The notes: generated from the sequence alone by a model not told the origin. Shown: positions 38,088 through 54,757, numbered from the stretch's first letter. The stretch: DNA of 64,000 nucleotides from Zygnema circumcarinatum SAG 698-1b (GCA_037447605.1 CM074807.1:4042829-4106828); one strand, 5' to 3'. Made by a program: numbers and translations.

Positions 38088-39025
38088 CCCCCCTACATAG
38101 GCAATACGAGGAACATGGAGGGCAAGCCAACGTGGTAGTGTAGACAAAATGCTGTGCTCTCAGCAGAGCACCAAGAGAGCAGACCTTCTCTGCGAGAGCC
38201 ATGAAATCCCATGTGTTGGCTGACCCAGCCGCAAAAGAAGGAAGGTCAAGAAGGCTAGAAGCTTAATTGGAATGAACTTAAGCTTAGAAATCAACGCAAG
38301 TCAGCTTGGAAAAGCTTGAAGTCGCGCTACACTAGTATAAGAAATTCAAGAGGTAAACGTTTCTTTTCCAACCCAAGAAGGTGGGGTTAAAACCTTTGCT
38401 TGTTATCTGCTGTACATCTCAGCTTACAGAAACTTCGACGTCGTTGCTTTTGTACAACTAAACAAGGGTAAAAAAGGAAAAAGCAAGCAATTTTAGAAGA
38501 ATACTGAAAGTTTAAGGTAACTGATGTGAAGAGATAAAATCAGATAAGCGCATGAACAGTTTTCGGGCCACAGCGATTTGCAACTCAAAGACTTCTCTTT
38601 CATCGACAGTGACTGGAATACTGAGCTATCTGCTCCCACTCATGTGTCTGAATGAGGAGCCTTTCCCAAAGGTCATCATTCAGAATTTGACTAGTCCCTC
38701 CAACAGTCTGCTCCTGTAATCCTTGACACGTGGCGGCTGATTTACCCACAGAACAGCCATATTTCTCTGTTGTGGACTATGGCAGGGCTACCTCCAAAAG
38801 CCTGAGACGAGAATACTAAAGAGTTTCTTCATAGGATGAGAGCTGTGCAGGTCTTTGACTATTGGGAGAATGCAATTTCGCACTTCACTCGAATGGTGTA
38901 TAGTGTCGCTATCCTTGTTGCGTGTAGCGGCGGAGACCCAGCGCCGCTTGTTGGGCATAATGTCTTCCTGCGATGGTCGGCTGCTCAGGTGAACACCAAA
39001 AAGAGGATAATTGCACTTGCCATAT

Positions 39026-42095
<3,070 letters not shown>

Positions 42096-43756
42096 CCCCT
42101 CCTCTCCCCTTGGCTGTCTCTCTCTCCTCTCCCTCTCTCTCTCTCTTGCTCTCTCCTTCTCTCCCCTTTGCTATCTCTCTCTCTCTCCCTCTCTTGCTCT
42201 CCCTTTCTCTCCCCGTTGCTGTCTCCCTCTCTCTCCCTCTCTTGCTCTCCGCTCTCTCCCTTATGTATGTTCTCTCTCTCTCTCCTACTCCTCACAATGG
42301 GTTAGTCCACACTTCAAAATGTAGTCAAAAGTAAAGTTCTATCTCACTGACGATCTCCTCTCTCTCCCTCCCTCCTCCTCCACTGCCCTCGCTCCGCCTC
42401 TCAGATCGCCTTTCCTCCCTCATCCTCCACCTCTCCCCCATGCTTCCTCTCCCTTCGTCCTCTTCTTTGGCCAATAGGAAGTTGCGACGTTCAACAGCAA
42501 CGAGCAGCAATGGAAGTTTTGGTCCGAAGAATGTGTCAGTGAATTTGGTTGCGGCATGCGCTTGAGATAGAAGGTTCAGTCAATCGTTTTGCAACTCCTT
42601 GATGGCTTCAAAAAAGATGATTTCAAGTGATAAGAGTAGCGATACAAAAAATCTACATTTGGGCAGCTGAAATGCTCATTAACCCAATCAGTCAATGGTT
42701 CCGCCGCGGAATCATACCCAAAGTTTTCTGGAGGTATATGTGGACGAAGGAAATACCTATTCAGGCAAGGTGAGTCGAAGATACTTGGCCGAATTTGGCT
42801 GAGATGATATTGCTTGGATCTAGTCGGAGTTCTGATGACAAGTAAACGTTAGAGAATATTTTGAGTCTCCCCTTTCTTACCTCATTTTGGCCTGCGTTCT
42901 GCTTTTGGGTTGTGAACAGATTTACCCTTCTTGGGTATCTTGGAACTTATTTCGCCATTGCCTCTGCCCCTCTGGCGGTGCTCCTCAACTACTTTGCGTT
43001 CCACTACTTCCCAATGTATCGCTTTGAAACTACGCATAGCGTTGACATCACGGTGGTCACTTTCATTATTTTTTTCGGCATTGCTCCGCTCGGAACATGC
43101 ATAACAAAGTGGGTCCAATTTCATGCTTTTTAACAATTGGGGCTGTCTTGATGATTTGAAAAGGATCTTTTATTTTGCTTTGATGATTTCACAGACCTCT
43201 GCGGCCCCCCTCCCTTCGGACCCTCTCTCATTCCACCCTCTTTCTCCTCTGTACAAACACTTATAAGAGCGTAGAGTAGACTCGCATTCAAGCAATACTT
43301 CAATCACACTCACAGAAAGTCTGCGATTGCTTCTTCCTTGCATTCGTAACCAACCGTAACCAACCATTCATCTCCAACCACTATTGCTCTTTCGCCTTCT
43401 GACAGGTATCGACTTGGGCTGCGGTGCAACCTTTTTGAGGAGTACCGCCCCTCCCTCATTTTCCTCATCTTCTTTAGTGGCCTCGGATGCCATCTGCTCA
43501 TAGCCATCATGTGTCATCTCTTGTCCGTCAACATGACCTTCGGCATCACCAAGAAAGAAATCGAACACACAAACTTCTTCAAAGAGGTAATCCCTCCCTC
43601 TCCTCTCTCTCAACCCCCCCTCTCTCTCGCCTTCCTCTACTTCTTTCCTCTCCCTCTCTCTCTCCTCCTTTTCCTTCCTGTCCCACTCCCCCCTACCTCT
43701 TTCCCTCTCGATCCCACTCCCACTACTCCCCAACCCCCTCCTCCCCCCCCCCCCCC

Positions 43757-43766
43757 NNNNNNNNNN
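43757..43766. other. Assembly gap (10 N)
   Basis: Run of n within a poly-C tract. Confidence 1.
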
Positions 43767-43803
<37 letters not shown>

Positions 43804-45028
43804 CCCCTCCTTTTCCCTCTTATTTTGAACTCCCATTTTCTTCGCCTGATCTCCAAAACTGTGGGACGTTTTGTAGGTAAAAAACACAGTGAGAGCATAT
43901 TGGGGGCTCTACATTTGGGTCATTTTGGGCACAGCGATGATGGTGGGACTGTACTTCGTCCCGGAGCCCTATCGTATTCGGGACTTCTTTGCACTGTTCC
44001 CGTTGGGGTGGCTTCTTTTTTTCCACTTTTTTGCTCCAATTCTCTTGAATCCTGTTCTCATGCTGTTCAAGTATTAGAGGGAAAATGGCTGGAACAAGCA
44101 CTGAGGCAGCTTTATTAAGCATAGGAGGATTAGTTTAAGGATTATCAGAAGGGGTTTTCCAAAGCATACCTCGTGACTCATAGGAGCACTTTGGAAAGGA
44201 GGATGTGGCATTGACCTCACGATGGCGATGATGCCATCAAATGTACATGGCCAAAAGCATCATGGGGAACCACGAGGAACTGGTCGCGAAAGGACCTGAG
44301 GACTACGGAAAGGCTTATCATAAATAAAGAGACAGCATTGTGACCATTCTATGCGCTTGGAAGGCTCTACTGGCGAATTACATGTGCAGCAGTTGGACAT
44401 ATCCACGTCATGTTTAGGATATTAGTGTGTCAGACGATGTTTCATGCGGCTTTCATAAAGGCAAGTGTCCTGATTCCGGAACCAGTAAAAGCTGTTTCAA
44501 CTGAGATGACGCCATTGATGACCTGTGGGAATAAGCAAACCTCCGTCCAACCTTTTGAGCACACATTGTGATGGAGAAGCTCTTTAAACGATCGTGTTAC
44601 CAGTAACTCGTTCTGAACCAGCACGACTACGTGTCTATCTGACAGCATAGTGTAGTCAGAGGAGGTTGAGGGGAAGAGAGGGTTAGAGAAGGGGGGGGGG
44701 AGGGGGAGTGAGAGGAAGGGGGGGGAAGGGAGTGAGAGAGAGAGAAAAAGTTACATGATATTTTAGCGAGAGAGAGGGATATGATTACAAAAACAAAAAA
44801 CAAAAGTAGTCCACCAGAGGGCTTCCACATTCGAGGCATCACAACTCCACACAAGGAGGGCCTTTCGAAGGCATCACGCGGGGCACTCGTTCCACACAAC
44901 TTAGAGCCCCCCTCTCGAGGGGAAAATGAAGTTCTTGAAATAAGGTGCTACAAACAAGAGAGAGAGAGAGCAAAAAGACTGCGACTAACTGCTCTACACA
45001 CCCATCTCTCTCACCTAACCCTACAAGT

Positions 45029-47765
45029 TCAGGAAGACTTCTTACCACTGCTACTCGAACCCTTGGATGTTTTTCCTGCTTTAGTCGATGCCCCTCTTTT
45101 AGTCAGCCCTTCTTCAGATACCCCCACATTCGCTTTGCCCTCTTTTCCCTCTCCTGCCTTGTCTCCCGCCGCCTCCTCCTCCTCCTCCTTCTCCTTCACG
45201 AGGAGAGTCTCTCCTGCAGCCCCTTCAATAGCTCCCTCCGACGTACTCGATGGGGCCTCGGGACCGTACCCAAACTCATTCACACGCTTCTTATCAACAG
45301 GGTAAATCCAACGCTGGTAGAGGTAGATGAGGAAAATCAAGTCTGCATTGAAAATTTCAGAGAAGAAACCGGCATGAGTAAACAAAAACGCGCGAGGTTT
45401 CCGCTGAGAATTAGATGAGGGGTTGTGTTTGGTTCATTAGTTTTTCAGGAAAAAGGGAGGAGAGTGGATTCAAAGGGAGAAGTTGTGAACTAACCGTCAC
45501 GGAAAACGGAAAGTCGGTGAAGAATGGGCATCTTGATGACAAAGGCAAAGAGGTCATCGATGATGGTGTTGAGAAATTTATATGTCATTTGACGCCATGG
45601 GAGATGGGCCACAGACTTGAGCTTGTAATTGATGAAGAGCTGCGGACACATCATGATGAAACCTGCGGACAGAAAGTAAGACGAGAATTATTAACTTTAG
45701 CTGAAAGAGCAAAGGAGGTGTATCTGAATTCAGCAGATTGCAGATGCACCACTCGCTTCGAGTCAATAGTCGTGTGAGAGATATGACATCCACCCCCCTT
45801 CATTTCATTATTCGAGCCATACACTTCACTTGAAATTTTTTGAACTATTTGATCTGATAAAAAGCAGAACAGAGATTAAACCATCCTCCTACATTTCCGT
45901 TTTCCCTGTAAAAGCAGACGAAGAGGGAGGAAGGGGGGGATGCAGAAGGTGAGGGAGGGAAGGAGATGCGGCGGGCGGGCGAGAGGAAGGGAGAGAGAGA
46001 GGAAGGGAGGGAAGGAGAGAGACGTACCAAATGTATAGACGCAGCCTGTGAGGGAGCCAAGAACCCACGAATACCAGCTTTTGTGGGTCTCATACATTAG
46101 CGAATAGACGGCGTAGCATGCAAGAAGAGGGTACAGCACATAGGAGAGATATTTCATAGCGATTTCATCATACTCCTTAGTCTTAGATTTCCCGTACGAA
46201 TCACGGTCTCGGAATCGAAGCCAAGGAATCCGACCGCTACGATCAACCTGTCACAAACCCACCAAGTTAAAGGAGGGAGGAGGATTGAGTAATGGAAAAA
46301 CATTTGATATAGGAAGTGTTGGAGCAATATACTTAGGATGCACAACCTTTCTTGGGTGTTCAATTTTACAGTACAGCGGCGGGTCTTTGGAAACGTTTCC
46401 GTAGACCCTATAGCCTTCAGCTTCATCACTGACTAGAATCGATGGAATAGCAAAGATAGCAGTGAGTGAGTGAGTGAGTGAGTGAGTGAGTTGTCCCCAC
46501 CTCAATGTGCATCGCCTTTCCAATTTTCCAGAATTCAATACAAACTGAAACTCCGGAGCTCAGTATGATCATCCAACTAGTCTCGTTATCCAGCAGGTAG
46601 AGGAAAATGACGAGTTGGCAGAAAAAGTTGATCACAACGGAGCGGGCAGACAAGCCTTCCATGGACTTATTCTGATTCCAGAACTGGATATCTGGAAGCA
46701 GAAAAACACAGAATGCTGAGTTTTTCACATTCATCTGCAAGTTGGAAGTATGACGATTCTTAGGGGGTCTCAAAATCCTGAAAATTTCTATACTACCTCT
46801 ATGTTCTACCTCACAAGTTGGCAAATGTCATCTGAACCTTAAACTTTTTAAAAATCAAAGGCATGCATGCAGAGGGTAATTCGCTACCATACTTCAGTCA
46901 GGCCTATCCACTCTCTAAAAAGGACTGAAACTGCAACTGAAACTAAAAACTTAAGAAGAACAAAGATCTTCCTTTCCTTTACATAATTTCTCTCTCTGAG
47001 ACACCACAGAGGACCAATAAGACCGCCTTTTAGTATAAAGTAGAAGCAAATGAGAAATTCAGCATGATCTTAAAAACTCGTTGCAAAGTATCTTCCAAAG
47101 CAGAAGGGGCCCTAAGTACCATTTTTGAAGGTGAGAAAGTCAAAAACTGTGTGGAGGAGGGAGACTGCCATTGTGATTCCGAGAAGAATGGGGTTGCCTT
47201 CCAAAAAGACGCGCTGGGGTTTTGCCATAAAGGCCATAGTCAATTGCCATCCCACCCAAACTCAACATCACTTTCTATTCAAACTGATGCCAACATACTG
47301 TCAATATCCTATTCTCCGTTTCTTTTGCATCATGTAACTGGCTCCCGTCAACAACAAATCTGACCCAATTTCAATGCGGCAGATGCAGACAGCCTTTCAA
47401 ACAGTTCGGACCAAGGGACCAATCACATGTTACGTCTATGCTTCTTATACCTCCGGTTTTCCCTCTCTCTCAAAGCTACACCATACCTTGATTTCGTCTG
47501 CTTCGCTCTCTAGAGCCCCAAGCGAGGTTTGTTGTATCTTGAACGATTGTTCCATGTTCACATAAAGCTGCCACTTCCATAGACTGAGCGGAGCCAAAGT
47601 CATGCTGAGAGACAGCTCATCCACAGTCTCATTCACCGGCATATACTTATCACGGAGAAGCCAAAATTCGGTTATCACTGTGGTGGGATAATAATTGCCC
47701 GTTTCATAGTCAAAATTCATATCTGGCAGGTGGGTTCGGGTCAAGCTTTCACATGTGCTGTCTTC

Positions 47766-47828
<63 letters not shown>

Positions 47829-50339
47829 AAAGAGGGAGGCTGAGCGACCAGAACGAGACGGGGAAGGAGAGGGTGGGAGGGATAGGGAAGTGAGGAGGAA
47901 AAATGCATATAGAGAGCAGAGACTGAGTAAGAACAGAAAAATTGAACACCCTCTCAATTAGAGCGATGCATTGAAGAGTAAGAGACGATTTCACAGAATG
48001 CACGTGTAAAAGTCAAAGACGAAACTAACGGACTTAGTCAACAGTAGATGGCTGCTTCAAGGAGGATACGAGGCCGGATAGGCTCTGGAATTTGGCCTCG
48101 GGGATACCTGAAATAAACACGAACAAAAAGATAATATGAGCAGTCAGCAAAAGTACCGGCTTCGGAATAACAAGCCTTGGAAACAACGAGAGCAAAGAAT
48201 CTGACATGTTTGGAAGGGTCCGGCGTCCCAACACCTTAACATACTTTGTGAAGTCTTCAACAAAGTTGATGGTCAAATTTGGCTTCCAATATGAAATAAA
48301 TTCCCGTGGCAGTTCTTCCACCTCCTCCGCCTCCCCTTTCTTCGCTGCTGCTTCTGCAGCTGCCTACACACAGCCTCCCTCTCCCACCCTTATTAGACAG
48401 ACTTGCCCCCTGCCCCCCAACCTCCCCCCTCTCCTTTCTCTGTGTCCGTGCGTGTGTCTGTTTCTCTCTATGATTCAAAGAGAATTCAACTTTCTGATTA
48501 ACCTGAATTCAAATAATTTATCTGTTCTCATTCTGAACTTCAATGCGCAGAAGCTAGAGAACTCTGAAAATCAAACAGCCCTGCCGCATAAAATTATCAT
48601 ATCAACCTTTTGACCGTAATCCTGTAATCCTGTGATGAAATCTCCAAGGCCCTAAAAAGCTAGCAAAATTAGACATGCGAGGAGATTAACTCACATTTGC
48701 AGCTGCTCCTTCCTCTGTCAGACTTCCTCCGAGCAAATTTTTGCGGCGATCAACCTTTGGCCGTGGATAGTACGCAATCAAAGCTGCTCTATGGAACCCA
48801 TTGATAAAAGGAAGAAACGAATCAAAAAAAAATGGGCGTAAGGAACAGGATGAGTTGCCTCGTCTAGCAAAAAGTCTTTAGCTCGTCATTTTGATGTGTA
48901 TAATGGGAGAGAAAGGTTAAGGAAAGGGAGGAGGGGGGAGAGGGAGGGGGAGAAAGCAGTTCCATTCCCTAATACCCCCAGTCTTTCTTTCAATTTCAGA
49001 CACCTGGGTTTTCGTTCTGAGGGAAAGGAAACCTAAATTCCAAGGGCCTGATTTATTTTTCCAAAGGCCGAACAGATAAGAAATTAATTCATGGCATCTG
49101 TGGTTTTCGTGTATCTGTTTGAATTTACTCTTCTGAGTGCAGAAGACTTAAGCTAAACTTCCATGCATAGAAAAGTTTATTTTTGGTTTTCGACGAAGTT
49201 GACTTACGGTGAGTCAATCGAAATGTCGATTGGCGATCGAATGTTGGGTCCTTTGGATCCGGCGAATATCCAGAGCGAGCAAAGAAAATGTGCGCAAAAA
49301 GCGTTCCGTTGTTCTGAACTGCCTGCGTTGACCATGGCATGAAAACAGTTTCAAATTTTTCAGGTTCACTGTTAATTTTCAGGTTTACTGTTTTCACAAG
49401 CCTACTAGGGTTGGGGAGGAAAAGCCAGACAAGGCCAAATCCAGTGAATGAATTGAGAGCAAAAAAAGCAGACAAGCTAGAGCAGGCGAAAGAAGAGTAA
49501 AGGTCAATTCTGGAGCCTAGAGAACGAGAGAGGGAGAGAGAGGGGGGCCGAGATAGAAGAGGTAGTCATAACGAGGGAGATGGAGGGGAGGAAGGAGTTC
49601 AAAAATATTTAAATCTCGTTACCTTTGAAGGCGCATACGAGATTGACAGGCTCCTCTCTCCCTGGGAGCCATACGTTGCATACTTCACATTAGATTCCGT
49701 CCAAACAAGTGAACTTTCATCGTTGAAATTGGAGAATTCAGGGTCCTCCGCGAGATACACCCACATATCCTGCAATGAAGCTCAGAATCACAGCAAAAAA
49801 AAAGAATATCAGGAACACTCTGAACGATCAGGAAACAGAGAAGAGCAGCCTGCAGAAGCTTATCCGATCTGCTCGATCAATTGCCTTCTCCGATTCTGTT
49901 AAGGTGCAGGATCTAAGTGTGCGTTGTGATGCTTGAATAGCTGTCTGTCTGTCACAGCTATCCCCAATCCAAAAGTAATCACATCCAACGAAGCGTCCTG
50001 AATATCCAAAATAAGCAAAAATCGCAAGAGATCGTGATCTCTTGGAGAGCATGAAGCCACAGCCTCACGAAAAGCACTGAAGCAGGTGCAGAAATATGTA
50101 TAATATATATACTGCGCGTGCGTGAACGCTCGTACCAGCTCCTCCCCTTTGAGAAAGAGGTTGGCAGTGAGAAGAGCGGGGTCTTTCGGAGCCGGTTTTT
50201 TCCCGAAAAAATTAGTGATGAGGTACCAAAACATAACCATGCGGACGACTGTCATGATGGAGAAGCCCTGCTGCTGCGCCCCCCCCGCCTGCGGGGCGTT
50301 GGCACCCCCTTGAGGGGCCGCTGCCACCTGCCCCCTCAT
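45029..50339 (-). CDS. CLPTM1: CLPTM1-family multi-pass membrane protein; multi-exon
   Basis: YWKPNLTINFVEDFT, YYPT...TEFWLLRDKY, KNKSMEGLSARSV..NFFCQLVIFLYLLDNETSW, KYLSYVLYPL..CYAVYSL.Y..HKSWYSW, DLIFLIYLYQRWIYPVDKKRVNEFG. Confidence 0.92.
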
Positions 50340-50357
50340 CGGAGCGAGAGAACTCCT

Positions 50358-50415
<58 letters not shown>

Positions 50416-50906
50416 AGCCGAGAGAAGAACCATTTTTTCGCAGAAACAGAGACAAATATCGGCGAGGAGGCATTGCGACGATCCGAGTAAAGTTCAGTAT
50501 ATCGTATACATATTCGTTTGAATATATCTCGATGTTTTCACGGTGACTTCAAAAAAAAAAAAAAACTTGAACAATGTCCACTTTTTACATCTAATTTATA
50601 GAAATCAACAACTCCTACGCCTAGGCGTAGTTTTCCGCTCTTAGCTTCGTTCTATTGTGCTTAGGTCCTCTGCGACCAGTCCCTTGTGGTTCCACATAAT
50701 GCTTTTGTCCATGTACAATTGATGGCCTTGCCATATTGAGTTTAATGAAATTTTCCTTTTGAAATCAACAACTCTTTACGACGTTCATTTTGTTGTAGAA
50801 CATATACAATACATTTAGAAATGAAATACAAAGGAAAGTAGAGGGCTGGGTTATTGTGCTCAGTTATGCCTTGTACGATCTCATCTCACAAGTGAAAAAT
50901 TCTCTC

Positions 50907-50967
<61 letters not shown>

Positions 50968-50991
50968 TCCTGTCTTCTCTGTCGTTTGCAG

Positions 50992-53024
50992 TCGGGCGAT
51001 CAACAAAATATAGAAAAATACAGCAAGCGGGCAGTGAGGGTACGAACTCCCGCATCCTTGCAACAGAACATTCTCTTCTCCTTTGCTTCCCTACCTTCCT
51101 TCCTCCTCTCTCGTTCACTCGTTTTCCACACTCTCCTGCTCTCCCAGCCTCCCTCGCTCCTTTTTCTTGAGCACGTTTGTGTCATACTTCTAAGGGGATC
51201 ATTGGGATTCTTAATTAACTGTACCTGAAACAAAGCAAAACTTGGTACATATCGAAATCGAGACTGTTTGACTGTATGGAAAATAGTGTGTCACGTCGTG
51301 TTTCAGGTCACAGAGCAGCACAATGAAGACTGTCGAAAACTCCTCCGCCTTATGGGAGTCCCTGTCATTGAGGTGTGGCCTCAACTCTACTCACTGGAAG
51401 AACTCACGTTATGCCACTCTTCAATAAGCTGGTCCATAGTAAAATGCAGGAGCTTTTTTGCATTTTCACCTATGCCTTCAAAGCGAGCAACGAGTACATT
51501 CCCTGCTGAGTAAGTCATTAAGGGAGAGAAATCGAAATTTGGAGCTAATGAAAACTTCAATTCATGCCGTACTTGTGGTCTCGATAGCGGAAAACGCGCA
51601 GAGGGTTTTAAGGGATTGCCGTACTTGTTACAGGCTCCTTCTGAAGCCGAAGCGGAATGCGCCGCCATCTGCAAAGCGGGGAAGGCAAGTGATGGAACTT
51701 TTTTTCTCTTTCATACAGCTATTTGCTCGTTTTGCCCTTCCCAACCTTTATGCTGCATGGCTTTCAAGGTTTGAGATGGCAGCACTCCATCATGTAACGC
51801 ATCACTAATCTGAAGGGATTATTGGAAAAATTCTAATAGGACACTGACGTGAGTCTCGAAAGCATGTGGGCAGGTGTGCAGGTTTATGCAGTCGCATCGG
51901 AAGACATGGATTCGCTTACTTTCGGAGCTCCAATTTTTCTACGACATCTCATGGAGCCTTCCAGTAGAAAGATTCCGGTTATGGAGTTTGAAGTGACGAA
52001 GGTAAGGCTTCTGTCTACATCTCTCGTTTTCTCTCTCTCTCTTTCAATCCCTGCCCGGCTTACCTCTGCTTTCACTGTGGTCTTCACGAGGGGATGCAGG
52101 TTCTTGAAGGTCTGCAGCTGAGCATGGATCAGTTCGTGGATCTCTGCATTCTATGTGGTTGTGATTATTGTGAGACCATTCCTAGTGAGTATCTTGGATA
52201 TGCCCATCACCAGTCGACATGCATGCTCTTGTCGAACCATGCATTGTTGTGAGCAACTGCAGAGGTTGGATGTTGATGACCTGTGCAATTGTGTCTTTAT
52301 CAGTGAATCTAAAAAAATGCCAGCTACTTACTAACAGGTAATAGCCGGCTTACATGGGTTCAGAGATCGGTCCTCAGACGGCGTTGAAGCTCATTCGCCA
52401 GCACGGTAACTTAGAGAGCGTTCTGCAGTCTTTAGACCGGGGAAGGTGAGTCTATGTCTATTCTTTTGCGTCGTTCAGGTCTTGGTTTCATACAAAAGTC
52501 GTTTCTTCCGTGGACTAGTGAGTCCTCAGTATTGGGACAAAGGTAGCCTAGCTAGCGTTTTCTGATGTTTTCAGTGCTTACACTCTTGTTATATTTGTGG
52601 TTTGTTGGTGCTGAAGGTACACCATACCAGACCCTTGGCCTTATGAAGAAGCTCGGACTCTGTTCAAGAGCCCTCTTGTGACTCCTCCTGAAGAATACGG
52701 AGACTTCAAGTGGTCCAATCCTGATGAAGAGGTGACTCAGATTGCTTCGTCTTGCCTTATCCTTCCTTTACTTTCCTCTTCATAGTCTGCGACGAAGCAA
52801 ACCCTAACCTCCATTCTATCACCGCATTCAGTCCCCCTATCCTTGGCAGTCCCCCTCTCGGTTTTTCATTCCTATCATTGACTAGGTATTGGAAAACTAT
52901 TCTTTGATTGGCTGGACGCTAAACCTTTGAGCACGTTTACAGCTTTATTTTCGGCTTGAAAACTGCAGGGTCTGAAAAAGTTCTGGTGGAAGAAAATGAG
53001 TTTAACTTTGAACGTATAACCAAG
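50992..53024 (+). pseudogene. FEN1: Internal fragment of flap endonuclease 1 (8 exons, arch/I-region/H3TH); no 5' or 3' exons; 1-bp deletion in the last exon
   Basis: IEKYSKRAVR|VTEQHNEDCRKLLRLMGVPVIE|APSEAEAEC|[15 protein letters not shown]|[10 protein letters not shown]|IGPQTALKLI|[11 protein letters not shown]; the last exon reads AAG TTC TGG TGG where the FLVEEN frame needs TTC CTG GTG. Confidence 0.8.
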
Positions 53025-53257
53025 GTAAACTTTCGGTGTGTTCTTCAAGTCTTTGCCTTCACATTTAACAAAGCGCAAAGTGATGACATAATGCAGGTCC
53101 TTTGATATTTTGAAAATGGTCGCCTTTACATGGTGCATTTTGACTTATTTGATGACGGAGGCAGAGCGAAGGTGCTACAATTATTCATGCATTCGCTCTA
53201 TCGATGCAAGAAAGGCTTGCACGAAGGCGCACACTAATGGGAACCTCGTTGCTGTAG

Positions 53258-54109
53258 GTGGGTATCTCGCTTCCGAGCATGAATTTTACGGGATTAAAAA
53301 AAGTGGGCATGCAAGCAATGCTGTCTATTGCTAAGCTTTTCGAAACTCCTGTCGGAAGCAAGGAGATATTAAGCGGTGAGATTGTTTGTGAAGCAGTTGC
53401 TGCTCTTTTTGGGCTCCTGCTGCCTCTCAATGTCAATGTATGTTCAACCTTTGTGTGCAGACACATCAGCGCTGCAAGCTCTTCTCCCGGGGTACGTGAT
53501 TCTTCAACTTCCAAACAGGTCTTGCAACTGCTGATAGTGGTAACCTCTGGCTGTGTGCTGAAGTTTGAACAATCCTTTCAGCGGCCAATGCTGGCTCGTA
53601 GAGCAGCAGACCATAAGGGAACTCCTTTAAGATTCTCATGGTATTGCGTATTTTTTCAGTCTAACTTGAAGTGTACCTTATCAACATGCACGGGGTTCTT
53701 CGTCTTTCTTTGTAACTATTGCTGCTATTCGTTATGTCAACTTGACTCCACAATGGTCAATATTTTCAAAGGGTTGACTACTCCGTTTCGTCTTCATGGT
53801 CCTTTCAGGCACGTGTTGGTGGAGGCGTATCTTGTGCGAAACAGGAATGTCGAAGGTACCTACTTTTCATGCCTTAACTGAATGACAACATCGAGCAGAG
53901 CTTCAGGGCTGTCGATGCCCAAAGGTGCCGTGGGAACTTTGTTCCTAGTCCATGAACTTCCGGCGTTGCATTCACACGAGAGGCTCATGTTTCATGGTAC
54001 CAAGCACCATCACCTTGTCAGCATCATTGACAATGGATTCGACGTGGGGAAGACAAGATCCGGTCTATATTTTGCATATGACGCAAGTACTTCACATGGC
54101 TATACCGAT
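53258..54109 (+). pseudogene. PARP/ART-like catalytic-domain fragment with an in-frame TGA
   Basis: Phase-compatible exons 53258-53375, 53461-53491, 53809-54109; V.N...Y...*...ERLMFHGT....II.NGF.....GLYFA...S.S..Y carries the ART His and Tyr motifs; TGA at 53879-53881. Confidence 0.65.
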
Positions 54110-54757
54110 GTAAGAGGGAGGTCACACCTCTTTTCATCCATTTGGTTGGTCTTTAGTGCTTCTGCAAGTGGGCCTGCGAATAATATTTTAGCATATAGCG
54201 GCACATGGAAAGGGGCAGTATCGGTTGAGAGTGGCCATATTGTACTGACATTTCAGAACCGGTGTGCCCGATATTGACATATTGCAGATATATTTACCTC
54301 GATATATTGACACCGGGATGCTTCGATATAATCGATATATCTTTCGTATTGCTTGTACGAAAGCGGATTGGGGGACTCGGCACTCCGTTCAACTTCGAAC
54401 GCTTAACTGTCCCCTGCCTCAGCCTACGGCCAATAGGTGTTCTGAATTTTGCATGGGATATGCTCACAAGCGCAATGCAGGCCTTCTACCATCAGCCTAC
54501 TCCGCTTGTTGAGCCTGCTCTCTCATCCATCCATGGCTGCTTCTTGGCCGAGCACTCGCTGTAGCTGCCAATCTCACACAACCCCATTTACTTGAGTTCA
54601 ATGCTCTCTTTCTTTTTTGTTTCCATGGCATTGCCATCGCGAGCTTTGCTTTATGATGAAGACTCCCTCCGCCCTCCCTTCCCTCGGTCCTTTTTTATCT
54701 CACCCCACCCTCACAAACTCTACCTTCAATCAGAACCAGCTCCCATCGAATAGATTA

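Noticed and set aside
52175-52375. PKIG instead of xGIG in the FEN1 helix-hairpin-helix as an inactivating change
   Set aside because: Lys at this position occurs in other 5'-nuclease family members as I recall, so it is not diagnostic.
53879-53881. TGA as selenocysteine
   Set aside because: The position is not a Cys-type catalytic site, no SECIS is evident, and the neighbouring locus shows other signs of decay.
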